DNA of 63,531 nucleotides, filler included, from Folioceros fuciformis (GCA_049999805.1; 9 parts of 9 records of this genome joined end to end with filler, not necessarily neighbours in it), one strand, 5' to 3'. Counted from the whole stretch's first letter, positions 29,639 to 43,723 are shown. A program made the numbers and translations. Notes: a model not told the origin generated them from the sequence alone.

Positions 29639-30466
29639 CTAGCCCCGAGATTGTCCAGCACGGGATGATAGGATGATGCCGATGATGAGCCCGTACAGGG
29701 CAAGAGCCTCAGCAAAAATGAGGATAAGGATCATTCCCACGAACAGCTTGGGTTGCTGGGCATTTGCTCTACAGAACACAGAACAATGGACACCTATCAA
29801 CAGAGGCAATAAAACGCGAAAACACCAAGGGCCGAGTCAAGACAGCTTACAAAAGCTGAGCAGGGTTTAAATGACCTAGTGACTAGAAAAAAAGGTGTAG
29901 GAAAAAAAGTGAAGAGCAAAACAAAGCAGGAGTGTTACCTGACACCAGCGTCACCAACGACGCCAATGGCAAAGCCTGCCGCCAAGCCAGAAAGACCACA
30001 AGCCAAACCCGAAGAGAGATGAGCATATCCGTCGAAAAGATAGTATGCCTTAGCTTTGGGGTTGATTCCAGTGCTGATAATGACGGCAATAATCAATCCA
30101 TAAATTCCGAGTACTCCAGCCATGACAACGGGTACGATGGATTTCATGACAAGTTCGGGCCTCATAACACCCATAGCTGCCACTCCGACTCCACTCTTAG
30201 CTGTTCCATACGCAGCGCCTATGCCTGCAGTGTGCGATCGGTGCACAACATCATCCCAAGGTTCCAGGCGGACAAAAACCTAATCCGGGTCTGGATCTAG
30301 TGCTGGACACAAGGGCGGGCTACAACGTCGGAACGGCCATGCCACCTACCAAGCACGCTCCAAAAAGGGCGGAACCAAGCACACACTTACAGGAAAACAC
30401 GAGCGCAGCTGCAGCTCCCATGAAGCCAAAAAAGGAAGCCACCTCGTTCCCTTGGAAGTCCGCCAT
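29639..30466 (-). CDS. VHA-c: V-type H+-ATPase 16 kDa proteolipid subunit c; exons 30466-30391, 30224-29939, 29768-29639; 163 aa
   Basis: [106 protein letters not shown]. Confidence 0.98.
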
Positions 30467-32884
30467 GGATGCCACCACAACGCTGTGGCTGTTGCTTCCC
30501 TTCCCCTTCCTCCTCCAAAGCCTAGTAACCGACGTACAGATCCAAACTCAGGGATCCCAGATCCCGACCGCGCCGCACAGATCCGGCTATCCAGCAACAA
30601 ACAATATGCTGAAGAGAGCCGGATCGCGATGCGGCTGGGCAGGCGAAGAGAGTAAGCGCGAGCGCGAGCGCGAGCGCTAGCGTGAGCACCTGCTACTGAA
30701 GGAGGCGCCACGCGGGCAAATGGCGAGCGCAGCGGAAGGCGAATGGCGGATGGCGGCGTGCAGAGTGGCGAGACAGCCGCGAAAGAAAAGACTGGGCACC
30801 GGCCTCGTCTTCGCTCCTCCTCCCAGCGCCCCCGTGATCAGATGCTACTGCGGCCAGGGAAATGCGAGGGAGGGGAGAGCTGGGGAAGGAGGAGCCACGT
30901 GTCCTGCTATTTATCGGATGCGGAAGCAGTAGCAGCACGATTCTTAGGCCCAAGCTGAGGCGCCCCACCACCTCGTCGCACTACCTACGTAGACCAAAGT
31001 AATAAAAATGCGACTCCCGTTTTTCTTCGTTTCCTTCTTTCCGCATGTCGTTAGGGCATTAGGTACCGGGGTAGTCATTTTTCCCAGTTCGTCCAACACA
31101 CCTAATTCTTCGATCATGTACCTATTATTTGCGATTTGGCCGGCCTTGAAGGCCATTAATACTGGGGAACTTCAATCAAAGTTGTCGGAGGGTACCTCAA
31201 ATCTAGTAGAGTACGTAGAATCTAATAGGACCTCTCGGACTCATACTCTTAGATGCAGTACAATTCAACTTTTGGGATGGCCAAGTGAATTGTACTAACC
31301 ATAGAATAAAACACAAACATAATATACTGTGTACTTGGGCCAACTTTCAATTCGGCCAATGGAATTGTACCAGCCGTAGTCCCCCTTCAATTCTGTCTCC
31401 CTTCTAGAATGATGAAACTAGTTTCGACATCCCCTTGCTAGTTTGATGAAGCTTGTCCCTTACTTATCTCAACAACATCTGCGTACAGACAAACCTTGAT
31501 CAACACATGAAATGAAATATTCTCCCTTCGAAGGGAGGACATTTCATTTCAAATGTCTATGAAGGGAAGAACCATATGGTAACAATCAAGATGCCAAAAT
31601 TGAAGTAGCAAGAGTTAACTACCAAGGAAAGTAACTAAGGCTAACAGTCAATCGGCCCCGAAGGTTATTGCAAAGAAGCATGCTTTCAGGTCAAGTTGTT
31701 AATAGCACACTCAAAGATTATGTAATTCAATTGAAGATTGTATGTTTTCTTAAAAAGCAATGTATGAGTTTGAATTCTTAATACGTTGTAGTAGTGCTAG
31801 CTACAACATAAAGTTGTTAGTATAATCTTCTTGTGGTCCTTCCTCCTCTACAAGTAGCAGACAATACAAATGGTTTTTTCCAATTTCATATAAGTCTTAG
31901 TTTAACTAGTTGTTAAACTAAGTTTATGGAAGCTTTAATAAGAGGCCTTTGAAATCAATATAGTTGTGTCGATTTCGTTGGAAACTATGAAAAGTAGTTC
32001 AGACTACACAAAGTTGTTCAAGCTATGAAGCAGTAACTTAATCCTCGTTCATTTTAATTTTAGGAATTGCTATAATCAAAACAATTCTTAAAATTGTAAA
32101 ATATATAAAATATATACATTCTATTGAATGATTCATGAAGTATAACAATAATAAAAGAAAAATAATTCTTAATAATAACTACCAAATTAGGGCTATAACT
32201 ATCATCAATGGTGTGCACCCTTTCACAAGGTGCACCTATATAATAATTAAAATTATGAAATGTGCCCTAACCCTAGTTGATATAGGCAACATACTAGTAA
32301 GGGCCATTTCAACACTTCCACTTATTGCTATATCTACTAGGCTTATGTTTGCCTCATGTCGGCGCTTCAACTTCAAGTAATGTCCACACATGAACGATAG
32401 GTAGTGCACGAGCTCAACAGTTATTCTCACACCCTTGTGGAAATATGATGGAGTTGCATGTCGTGCCCCCAGCAGCCTGGTTAGTGTATTCCCAATTGTT
32501 GGTTTACAATTTCGTGCGAGGTTTCAAGAATGGCTCACAGGCCAGCAAGCTCCCAACTTTGCGATGGCCCCATATACTGATGTCGGTGGTAACCAGAAAC
32601 GGAGGCACACCTACAACAAGGATACTCACGGCCGCTTCATCACTAAGAAGATCAGGGAGAATCATGCCAAGATTACGAGATTAGCCTCAACCAACAACCC
32701 TGTGCAACGCCTTCCACATCTAATTCCAGCGAGGGCGTCTTCAGCTATCAACGCAACAAGTAAGGTTGTGAGGTAGGCACTCTTGCGAAAGAAAAAGAAG
32801 ATGGGAGTGCCAACTAGGAAGACGCCTGCCAGGGCCACTGCAACACACGCTGTCATTGAGAACTGACATTGTCTAACGGGTGCC

Positions 32885-33105
32885 AAACGTGGCAGAAAGG
32901 GGAGGTACGCCTTCCCTCCCGCGCGCGGGACCTCGCCCGCCAGCTGGGGGGTCCCTAGGCCTAGTACCTTGGTATGGAACATTTGACGTAGGTTGTCGAA
33001 GAGCCGTTGGTCTTGGATCTTCTTTTTCAACCTAGGAGATGTGTTTTGATGGATGGTGTCAAAGCACTTGCACATATTGAATTCGAAAAACCCAGGAGGT
33101 GTGGC
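32885..33105 (-). pseudogene. Group II intron reverse transcriptase/maturase fragment (organellar type, probable NUMT)
   Basis: FFEFNMCKCFDTIHQ..LKKKIQDQRLFDNLRQMF resembles the RT motif WFxEFDIxKCFDTI..L.xxIxDxR; EGVP..PL remnant of the GVPQG..SPL motif in a shifted frame. Confidence 0.7.
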
Positions 33106-34189
33106 TGCCTTCATTCATACTTGATCTTCCTTCATGCAGTCTGGCAGGATCCGTTCAAGCGGAAGCCTTGCGACAAGTCATGCATGGAAGGTACATCCTT
33201 TCCAAGACTAAAGAATATAAGCACTGTGTGGAGGTGCGTTACAAGTACGCGTCCCAAGCTAACACTCCTCTTGTGCCAGAATTCTTTCCCATCAACGAGT
33301 TGTGGAAGGAGACCAAAATCTACTCGCTGGAAACAGTCTCTAAGCCAGGCACGCCAGTATAGTATAAATGCTGGAAGACAGGCCTAAAAATAGTGCGCAT
33401 AAGGGTCAGAGACAGCAGCCAAGTCCTCAACCACGTGATCAGCTTCTATAGTAAGATTTCGAAACTCGAAAACGCTGTTCTCCTGTTCTCATGCACACCT
33501 ATACATTTCCTTGCGATTCTGAGTTACATGCACGGGGTTCGGTCTGCAAGTTCACTGTTGATTTGCAGCCCCGAAACCTTCACACTCAAAGAGATGCCTT
33601 GGAAGCATGCATAGTTGCTAACCCGCTCATTTCAGTCTTACGGTTTCCCGTTTTTTTTGCTTTTGATTTGTTCAGTTCTCATTTGGCTCGGGTTTAGGTA
33701 GTAGCACACAGCCTCAGACTTATTTGCATAGCTACGCTAACCAGGCAGTCTTTGCCTTCAGGATATCACCTTGAGCTAATTGCTGTTTTTTTTTTTTTTT
33801 CGGTTGTACAAAACACCTACTAAAAGTCACAACCACTTGATCCTTCATCTTTTGTTATCATGTGCTGATATTCTAATATGTTGTGCTGCCATCCCGAAGT
33901 CTCAACATGTAATTAAATCTCCCACTATTTGTGCAGGGTCTGAACAAAGAATTGATAAAGAGCAAGGTCTGGACCACGAAGACAGAATTTCATTTGATCC
34001 CACTTCATCTTATTCTAAATCGAAAAGTGAAGATCATGAGGCCAATGACATGGTGGACAAGGATGAGGATAGCTGCGAAAATTCGCCACAATCTCCTCGA
34101 GACCATAGTCACTAGTCAGTCTCTGACTCTCCTAATGAAAGTTTGTAAGGGAGCTAGGATACTCCCCTAGGCCCAGTGCCTGAACATAT

Positions 34190-37100
34190 TTGTTATGTAA
34201 TTCTTTGCTTAATGGCTTTGTGAAAACATTAGCTGGAGTTCCTTGTATAGGGACATATTTCACTTTACCTTTCCAACTGCAACTAAATCTCTTATAAAAT
34301 GATATTCCACTTCAACATATTTTGTTCGAGAGTAAAACACTGGATTTTGTGCTAAAGAAATTGCTCCTTGATTGTCTGTATGTATTGTTGTGCAAGCAGG
34401 AATTAATAAGCCAAGTTCCTTAAATAACAACTTACATCATATATCTCTTTGGCAGTTGCTGTAAGCACTCTATACTCAGCTTCGGTGCTAGATAAAGCAA
34501 CTATAGGTTGTTTTTTGCTAGACCAACTGATAGGTCCTCTAGCAACACAAACCACATAAGCAGAAACTAATTTCCTGGTGTCTACATCTTCTGCATAATC
34601 AGAATCTGTAAAAACTTCCAAAGTAAGTTCTTCATCCTACTTGCCCTAAAATCGTATGCCTCTGTTAAACGTGCCTTTCAAATATCTAAGTACACGTTTC
34701 AAACATGTCCAGTGTTCCTATCCTGGATTCTCCAAATACTGAGACAATACGCTGGTTGCAAAGGCTATTTCGGGTCTTGTAGTATTAGCAGCATAAATCA
34801 ACTTACCAACAGCCTTTCTATAAGGTATCTGAGACATAGCTTCCTTTTCAGTTTGTGTACTAGGACTCATACTTTTACTTAACTTAAGTCCTATTGGTAA
34901 AGGAGTAGAAACAGGCTTAGCATCCTTTAAACCTAATTGTTCTACACAGTCTAAAATATATATGGGCTGTGATAAATTTAAAAGTCCTTTACTTCTGTCT
35001 CTTTGTATATGGACACCTAGACAACTTTGTAAAGGTTCTAAATTTGTCATTTTGAATTTAGCTGCTAAGAAATTATTTACTTTACTAATGAAAGTTGTGC
35101 TATTGCAAAATAAATAAAATTAGGTCATCTACATACAAGGCTAAATAGAAAATAACATGACTTTTGATGAAAATATAAAGACTGCTATCTGCTCGACTCT
35201 TTACAAAACCTAAGGTACGTAACTCTTCATCTAACACCAAATTCCATTCTTTTACTGACTGCTTAAGTCCATAAATTGTTTTAATAAGTTTGCAAACTAG
35301 CTTCTCCTTTCCCTTTACTTCATAACCAAGAGGTTGCTGCATATATATATCGGTGTCAAGTTTGCTATAAAGAAAAGCAGTTTTAACATCCAACATCTGC
35401 AGCTCATAGTTCTTGTAGGCTGAAATAGCACATAAAACACGGATTGTAGAAAACTTCACAACAGCAGCAAAGTTCTCAAAATAATCCAAACCAGGTACTT
35501 GAGAAAAACCTCTGACAACAAGTTTGGCTTTGTATCTATCGAAAGTGCCATCAGCCTTAACTTTCAACTTAAACACCCACTTACAAGACACTAAATTCTT
35601 ATCAGGAGGCAACTCCACTAACTCCCAAGTGCCATTTTCAATCAAGGAATCATATTCTAATTTAATGNNNNNNNNNNNNNNNNNNNNNNNNNNNNNNNNN
35701 NNNNNNNNNNNNNNNNNNNNNNNNNNNNNNNNNNNNNNNNNNNNNNNNNNNNNNNNNNNNNNNNNNNTATTTACTATCAGGTCTACTCAAAGCTTCCTCA
35801 AGAGATTGAGTTTCAAGAGGAAGGGAGATGGCAGCCAGAACTTTTACATAAAACACACCTGCTCTACTTGCTTTAAAATCAAAAGCTTGATAATAATCTG
35901 ATCAAAATGAGAAATTGGAGGAAGGGATGAATCATCAGCACTCTCCTCTTGAACTGAATTTTCAGTGTCAACTAATCCTACTAATCCAAAGGTACTCTCA
36001 TCGAAAGTAACACTTCTTGCATAAGAAACTTTATTTTTAACAACATCCTATAATTTATAGGCCTTGATGCCTTCTGTATAGCCTAGCATGAGAAGTTTCC
36101 TTGACTTATCTGAAAACTTTTTACGCTTCTCTTCGGGTATGAAAGCATAAACAACACAGCCAAAAATCCTTAGGTGTTGAATTGATGGCTTCCGTTCGGT
36201 AAAAGCCTCATAAGGTGTCATATTATTAACAGAATTTGTTAGCAACCTATTTTTGAGGTAAGTGAATGTCATTAATGCTTCTGCCCAATATGGTTAAGGG
36301 AGCTGAGCTTGATGAAGCAAACATGCTATCATTTCTTGTAGAGTTAAATTCAAGGGCTCTGCAACTCCATTCTGTTGATGAGTGTAAACTACTATCAATT
36401 GTCTCTCAATACCAACGTCCACACAATAATCCTGGAAAGCATGGGAGGTAAATTCTCCACCATTATCTGATCTCAATGTCTTCAATTGCTCTTCAGTCCA
36501 TCTTTCAGCCCTTAAAATAGGAAAAACACTCACTTTTATGTTTTAAAATATATGAAGTGATAAATTTGGTTTTACTATCTGTAAAGGTTAAGAAATATTT
36601 TCCACCACCTATAGACTCTTGAGAAAGGGACCCACATAGATCTGTGCGTACAAGCTCCAATGTTTAATGTGCTCTATGGGGAGTCAATTTTTTGAAAGCA
36701 GCTTGATGTTGCTTGGACAAAACACAAGACTCACAAAGTGGCAAGCTGGGTAAAGGACCAATTTTTCCATCTTGATACAAATCACTAATAGCTAATTTTT
36801 GCAATTTAGTATTATGTGGGTGTCCCAATCTAGCATGCCATAGCTTTGACTTTTCTATTTGCTGGTTAGAGATTGACATCTTGTGTTAAATTAGACTCTA
36901 TAGGAATTTGTTTTTTATGTAAAAGGTACAAACCTTTTGCAAAGGATCCAAAACCAATTATTTTCTCATAATCAAGTGCATCTATCAATTGGCATTTTGA
37001 TTGTGTAAACAAAACATGATAATTATTATCTGCACTTAACTTCTTAACATATATCAAGTTCCTAGTCATGTCCGGATATGATAAGCATCATTGAGAAGCA

Positions 37101-37274
37101 AAATGGTCCCAGAAGGTAATGACAATTTGATTGTGCCTTTGCCAGGTGTAACAAGGGACCTATCATCTCCTAGATAAACATACTCATTTGAAACTGACCA
37201 ATATGTTGTGAATGAACTTTTATCAAAACACACATGTGCTATAGCGCTTGTATCTAAATACCATTCACTAGAAC
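34190..37274 (-). mobile_element. Decayed Ty1/copia pol (protease, GAG-pre-integrase, integrase, RT, RNase H)
   Basis: WYLDTSAIAHVC; LWHARLGH..CESC; LRSDNGGEF..QQNGVAE; LDVKTAFL; LYVDDL; FTDSDYA..ALSSTEAEY; ADVFTKPL; frameshifts and stops. Confidence 0.95.
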
Positions 37275-37374
37275 NNNNNNNNNNNNNNNNNNNNNNNNNN
37301 NNNNNNNNNNNNNNNNNNTTAATTAATTAANNNNNNNNNNNNNNNNNNNNNNNNNNNNNNNNNNNNNNNNNNNN

Positions 37375-38700
37375 TGGATACTGAGGAGCTGGTTCCATCT
37401 TTACAAGAGCCAGCACATGAAGAAACTGTACAAGCAGAGAATCCAATCGTTGACGAAGAAGAGCAACCTGCACCAAGGTACAACCTAAGGACCAGACCTC
37501 CTGTCTCTGGGCCTGCAGGATGGAAGGAACCACCTTTAGGATACCTTGCCACTTTTGATGATCCCTCCTCACCTTTCTCCCATTTTCATCAATCTGTTTA
37601 TAAAGCTACAGTTGATCCTGAAGAGCCACTAACCCTTTAACAAGCTTTTTCTTCTCTTGAGAAGGATTTATGGAAAGCTGCAGTGGACTCTGAGTATGAC
37701 TCCCTAGTTAAGAATTCCACATGGGACTTAGTCAAACCACCCAAAGGGAGAAAAATAGTTGGGAGTAAATGGGTCTTCAAAATTAAACGTAAGGGTGATG
37801 GTTCCATTGAGAGATATAAGGCAAGATTAGTAGCCAAAGGTTTTACCCAGATACCGGGTTTAGATTACATACCCTGGGCTACCTATGCTCCAGTAGCAAA
37901 GTTTGCCTCTCTCAGAACTATAATTGCCTTATCTGCTCAGCATGATTTACATCTTCATATGATGGATGTCAAAACTGCTTATCTGCATGGACGCATTCAA
38001 GAAGAAATATATATGAAGCAACCTGAGGGATATGAGGTCAAAGGCAAAGAAAATATGGTATGCAAATTAATAAAAGGCATTTATGGCCTTAAGCAATCTG
38101 GCAAGGAATGGAACAATGTAATACATGATAAGCTGATCACATATGGTTTTGTACAAAGCAAGGCTTATGCAAGCTTGTATATATTGAAGACAAAACAAAA
38201 TACAGTTTATCTATTACTTTATGTGGATGACTTATTTTTAGCATCCTCACTCTCCCACCTAGTTGAGATCAAAGCTTGGTTGAGAAGTCACTATGAAATG
38301 ACAGACTTGGGAGAACTTACCTATGCCCTTGGAGTTAATGTCATAAGGGATAGAAGTGACAAATCCTTTTCCTTAGTTCAGACAAAATATATAAATGAAA
38401 GTTTAGCCAAGTTTGGACTTGAAGACGCTAAACCAGCTGCCACACCATTTCCTAGTGGCACAAAGCTCACTTTAGATATGAGCCCTAAGACTGAAGCTGA
38501 AAAAGTCGAGATGTCAGCAGTACTATACAGACATGCTGTTGGTACCTTAATCTATTTAAGTAACTTCACAAGACCTGATATATCTTTTGAAGTTAGTGCA
38601 GTCTCACAATTTTTAGAGAACCCTGGAAGACAACATTGGCAATGTGTTAAGAGGATTTTCAGGTATCTCAAAGGGACTATGCACACAGGACTTAAATACA
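37375..38700 (+). mobile_element. Ty1/copia reverse transcriptase, truncated before RNase H
   Basis: RYKARLVAKGFTQIPGLDY; MDVKTAYL; IYGLKQSGKEW; LLYVDDL; HWQCVKRIFRYLKGT, then abrupt loss of similarity. Confidence 0.95.
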
Positions 38701-41700
38701 GTCATAACGAGAGATGGTTGCCCTAGGATAGCCCGCTTCTCGGCGTTAAGCGTAGATTTAGGTTAAGCATACACACGTAATACGAACGGGCTCGAAACGT
38801 GCCCTAATGAATCGTTACCCGTCAACCGTCGTACAGGTTCACGGGAAACGACCATAAAAGGCCTCACTCACACATATTAATTAATTCTCACTCATTTATG
38901 TTTCTTTCCTACGCTAGCCTGTCGATCCTATTTACGCTATGGTATTAGAGCCGGTCTATGGATCCCGCCATGTCGCCCTCCAACGTGTGTGAGATCTGCA
39001 AATCCGAGTGCTATATTAAGAGTCTGTCACACGAGAATTTTTCATGCAGCAACTCAAGCACTCAGACTCTTCCCCACCCGATTTGGTGTAATGGCGGAAG
39101 ATTTCTTGGCGGAGGTCATCAACCACTACTATGCGTAGCGTCCGCACACCTAGCGCCAAGGAGCAGCGAGCCACCCTGATGAACCCGCGTTCGAAGGTCG
39201 CTAGATTACAAGCATCACGCGTCCTGATTTGGTCTTTGCCCTGCACAGTACAATCAACCACGCACACCTCTAGCATGACCTGTGATTAGTTCACTGGTGT
39301 CTAAGACTCAATCCACTATAGAAAAGAAGCCTGTGTAGGAGCACCAGGTCATCTGCACGTCTTTCCTAGTGTCTCCTCTCACACTTGGAAACAAGTAATG
39401 ATAATCGGGAGCCCTTGCACACAGTCGTCAGTCTACAATCTTGCATAAGGTATGTCAACGACTAGACTTCTATCCTAAACAATGCCTCGCAATGGCCGCA
39501 CAAAGCGCACCTTCAATCCACAAAGGCAAGTAGCCTCTCCCTTTAGGAGCAGTGCAGATCAGCAGTCCCTCTTTTCCAGCCTCTCACAGTGGGACGTTCC
39601 TGTCTGCACTTACCAAGTTGCGAGCTCTTGCAACACTTGTGGAAGAAGTGGGCATCTGCGTCCATCTGCGAGCACACCTGGAATCATGACTGGTCAGGCA
39701 GAGCCGGTGCTGAAGATTGTCCGTGACCTGTTTGCTGAGGAGCGCCGCCACACTCACGCAACACTGTGAATTTTTCGGCGGATGCGTGAAGTTCAAGAGG
39801 AGCGCCTCCGCAGCAAGGTCGATGACATTAACTACAGAATTGCCATGCATATTACCTGAAGGAAGATCCAAGGACGACGTTATTTCAGAAGTGGCTGCAC
39901 TCCTAACACACATGTCACTTGAGGCGAAATCCAGGAAGATGGTGTTTGAATATGTCGGAACCTTGGGATCCAAGCCCAGCAAGGAGGCCACCTCGCCGGA
40001 TTCCTACTAGATCTGGAACGACACCTGCAAGGTCGAGATCTGAAGCGTCACCTGAAAGACTTAGATCTGAAGAGGCATCTGAAACGTCACTTGCTCCCGG
40101 ATCTGAGGGGACACTAGAAGCATCCCTAGCTTCCGGGTCTAAAGAGATGTCACCATTTCCTGTCTTTCCAGAAAATCCCTTTGACTATTCAGAAGCTTAT
40201 GACCTTCCAGATCCCTCACCAATCTTTACAAGTACCATTGGCACGGGAGACTTAGGTGCAGTCCCCGTTCAGCCATCCTCACCTAGCAGCATTGCTTCCA
40301 CACCAAGGTCCATACATAGTTCACACAGCTCCTCTTCCTTATCCCCTGATCGCCTGTTTGATCTAAGTCAAACCCAGTTTAGCCAATATACATTTGTCCC
40401 TGTCATGGCTAATCCTCCACCTCCTGCAAATGTCACTGTCAACAATTTTAAGTATGACTTCAAAGATAGAGATAGGTTTAGTGGTCAACACTTCGACATC
40501 TGGATGATTCGAGTTCGGACCATCTTTCAAGAATTGGAAATCTGGGACTACGTGACTGGCATCATTCCAATGCCTGCAGCTGCTGCAATTGCAGCTGAAA
40601 AACAAGCCTGGAAATTAAAAGATCTGCGTGCCCAGAATGTGATCCAGTCTGCATTAGACCTGAGCATGATGTCTCATGCTCGAGAGGCAGACAGCTCCAA
40701 GGCAATCTGGGACTCTCTCTGCCAAGTGCACCAAAAGAAGAGCGTGACATCATTGGTCCATGCCACACGCACCTTCTACAACCTGAGAATGCGAGATGGT
40801 GATATTGTTGAGAACCATGTCAGCCGCTTTAAGATGCTTCGCACCAAATTAATTACTGCCAGCACAACTGTTGATGAACTTCAAACTGCAGTGGCCCTTC
40901 TCATGTCACTACCAGAAAAGTATAACAGCTTTGTGAGTACTCAAAATCAACACATCCAGACTGCCCAAGCAGCAGTAGCTACAGGCACACCATCACCAAT
41001 CACACTCTCAGAAATTATTGGTGCTCTGTTAAACGAGGAGGCTACTCACACTCGTGGCCGAGGTTCCTCCTCCAACAATGCTGCACGTGCCATGTTCGTG
41101 TCCCGAGGATGAGGATGGCGTGCTCTAGGTGGCAATCGCCCACCTTATAAGCCTAGCTCTCCTCACCCAGCATGGCCAGCCTCGAAGTCCAGCACTTCAA
41201 AGAGAGGCCCATGCACATGGTGCAGGATTCCTGGCCACGTGGAGTCTGAATGCCGCAAAAAGCAGAGTGGCAAAGCCAAGAGAGAAGCTCCTCCATCTGC
41301 CTATGTATCCTCCAAGAAAGGCATAGGGGCCATCCTCACAGTATGCATGGTCTCCTCCTCACAAGATAGGCATGCCTGGTACCTAGATTCAGGTGCCACA
41401 ACACATGTCTGCAACACTCGCACAGCCTTTACCACTTTTATACCTTCTCCTAAGGGACAGTTTGTACTTCTAGGCAATGATAGCGGGCTGTGTATAGAGG
41501 GCAATGGCACCGTTGTCCTTCATCCTGCACAAGGTCTGCCCATCACATTATTAGAGGTTATCTATGTTCCTCAGATGGCTAAAAACCTTGTATCACTTAG
41601 ACGCCTGTCACCTCCGTTACTTCCCTTGAGATGACCATGGATGGCCTTGCACTGAGAGAGGCTGCTGCTCCACACAAGTTGTTGGCTACATGTACTCTCA

Positions 41701-42985
41701 AAAATGACCTGTACCAGTTTAACTTGAAGAGCAACCCTATCCAGCAATTGAAGGCACCAACAGCCCAGTCTGCAGTATCCACGCCAGTTAATGAGACACA
41801 GCTTTGGCACTGCCGCTTGGGGCATGTTCACTTACAACGCCTTCAAACTCTGCCATCTTCTTCTCTATATCGGACGCCGCTTCACTTCAAATCTGAGAAG
41901 AACATCTTCTGTGAAGCCTGCATACAAGGGAAGCATCATAAGGCCCCTCATCCCAGTCAAGATGCTACTAGGGCCACTCACCTACTCCAAACTGTGCACA
42001 CTGACCTCTGTGGTCCTATGTCCACATGTTCACTTAGTGGTGCTCTCTATTTTATGCATCTAATTGATGACTGGAGTCGGTTTACTATCACTTACTTTTT
42101 GAAGCATAAAAATGAAGCATTCTCTTGCTTCCTTCTGTACCTCGCATATGCTGAACGATTCACAGGTCAGAAACTGAAATGCTTGAGAAGTGACAATGGC
42201 GGTGAGTTTACCTCAGGAGAATTCACGGAGTTTTGCTCACGGGAGGGCATTCTTCGCCAACTTACAGTTCCCTACGAGCATGAACAAAATCCTCTTCCTG
42301 AGAACAAAAACAAAGTCACACAGGCTGCTGCCAAGTCGATGCTGCATCTGGCCCGGCTCCCTCGGTGCTTCTTGGCTGAAGCTTTTGCCACGGCGGTTTA
42401 CATACAAAACCGGCTACCCACTCGTGCTTTTGCCAATGCTACACCTTTCAAGAGATGGACTGGCGTTAAGCCTCGAGTGGATCACTTGCGGATATGGGGC
42501 TGTCCAGCCTATGCACATACACCTGATGAGGTCAGATGCAAGATGGATTTCAAGGCAACCAAACACCTGTTCATCGGCTACACAGAGGGCATTAAGGGCT
42601 ATAAGCTTAATGACCCCTTAAGTCGACGCTTCCTACATGCCAGAAACGTCATATTTGACGAGCAGTTTCTTCTGCAAGCTTCAGAAAAAGGCAGAGATGT
42701 GCCTGGCCTAGAGCGTCTTACGAATGATGAACAGGATGCATCTTTGACTGAATTTTCAACACATGACGGACACTTGGTCACCCCTCAACAAATACCAACT
42801 GTTCCTGCGCAGCCTGCAGACGTCTTTCCAGAAGATGAAACGGATCTCACCGCGGATGACTCGAGCTCAGAGGCAAGTGACCAGGCGGGTGAGGCCCAGC
42901 AGGAGAACTATGACAATATGGATGATGACAGTCTCCCATCTTCGCCCTCACCAGAACCTGAGGAGAATGATGAGGAACATGCATC
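38701..42985 (+). mobile_element. Second Ty1/copia element apparently nested in the preceding RT: LTR/leader, extra upstream ORF, gag, protease, integrase
   Basis: gag DRFSGQHFDIWMIRVRTIFQELEIWDYVTG..LLMSLPEKY; CTWCRIPGHVESEC; WYLDSGATTHVC; LWHCRLGH..CEAC; HTDLCGP; LRSDNGGEF; LTR limits uncertain. Confidence 0.9.
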
Positions 42986-43370
42986 NNNNNNNNNNNNNNN
43001 NNNNNNNNNNNNNNNNNNNNNNNNNNNNNTTAATTAATTAANNNNNNNNNNNNNNNNNNNNNNNNNNNNNNNNNNNNNNNNNNNNGGAAGAGGGAGATTA
43101 GGGGAGGCGGGGGGGCCGTACCATGCGAAAGAGAGAGAGGCAGCGAATGAGGCGGCGTCGCGTGTGCCGGGGGTACCATCAAGGCGGGGCCTACCCAAAA
43201 GGAATCCGCCCCGCCTGCCGAGGCGCGCAACCAGACGCGGGGGCTGGCCCAATCCCGGGTCCCACCAACGCCCGTTTCCTTCACAAAACGCCAACTCACC
43301 ACACTCCCATCATCACACACAAACCCAAAATAAAATAAAATAAAATCCAAATCAAACCAAAACAGACCAA

Positions 43371-43400
43371 GGCAACGCAACGCAACGCAACGCAACGCAA
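43371..43400. repeat. (AACGC)n microsatellite bordering a scaffold gap
   Basis: GCAACGCAACGCAACGC... Confidence 0.9.
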
Positions 43401-43723
43401 NNNNNNNNNNNNNNNNNNNNNNNNNNNNNNNNNNNNNNNNNNNNNNNNNNNNNNNNNNNNNNNNNNNNNNNNNNNNNNNNNNNNNNNNNNNNNNNNNNNN
43501 TCTGCACTGCCCCCTTCTTGCTGCCATACCCGTATTTATTTTATCAATTTATTTCTCTAACAGTAAAAATAAGTTTCATTTTCGAAACTGAATGTCTGTT
43601 TAAAATTTTATGCCTGGGAGTGGGGGAAGCAAAGCATTCAAGGAGGAGGAATGGTTGCTTCCTTGCTTCCTTCCTTGCTTGAGTGCTTGGATGCGGAATG
43701 CTGCTACCACCGCCTCTTCTTGC

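Noticed and set aside
41110-41112. In-frame stop at the same gag position in two copia elements (AMFVSRG* here, VLFTKSK* at 50680-50682), suggesting programmed read-through
   Set aside because: Both are explained by single C-to-T changes (CGA to TGA, CAG to TAG), and both elements carry other disabling lesions. A family consensus retaining the stop would be needed.
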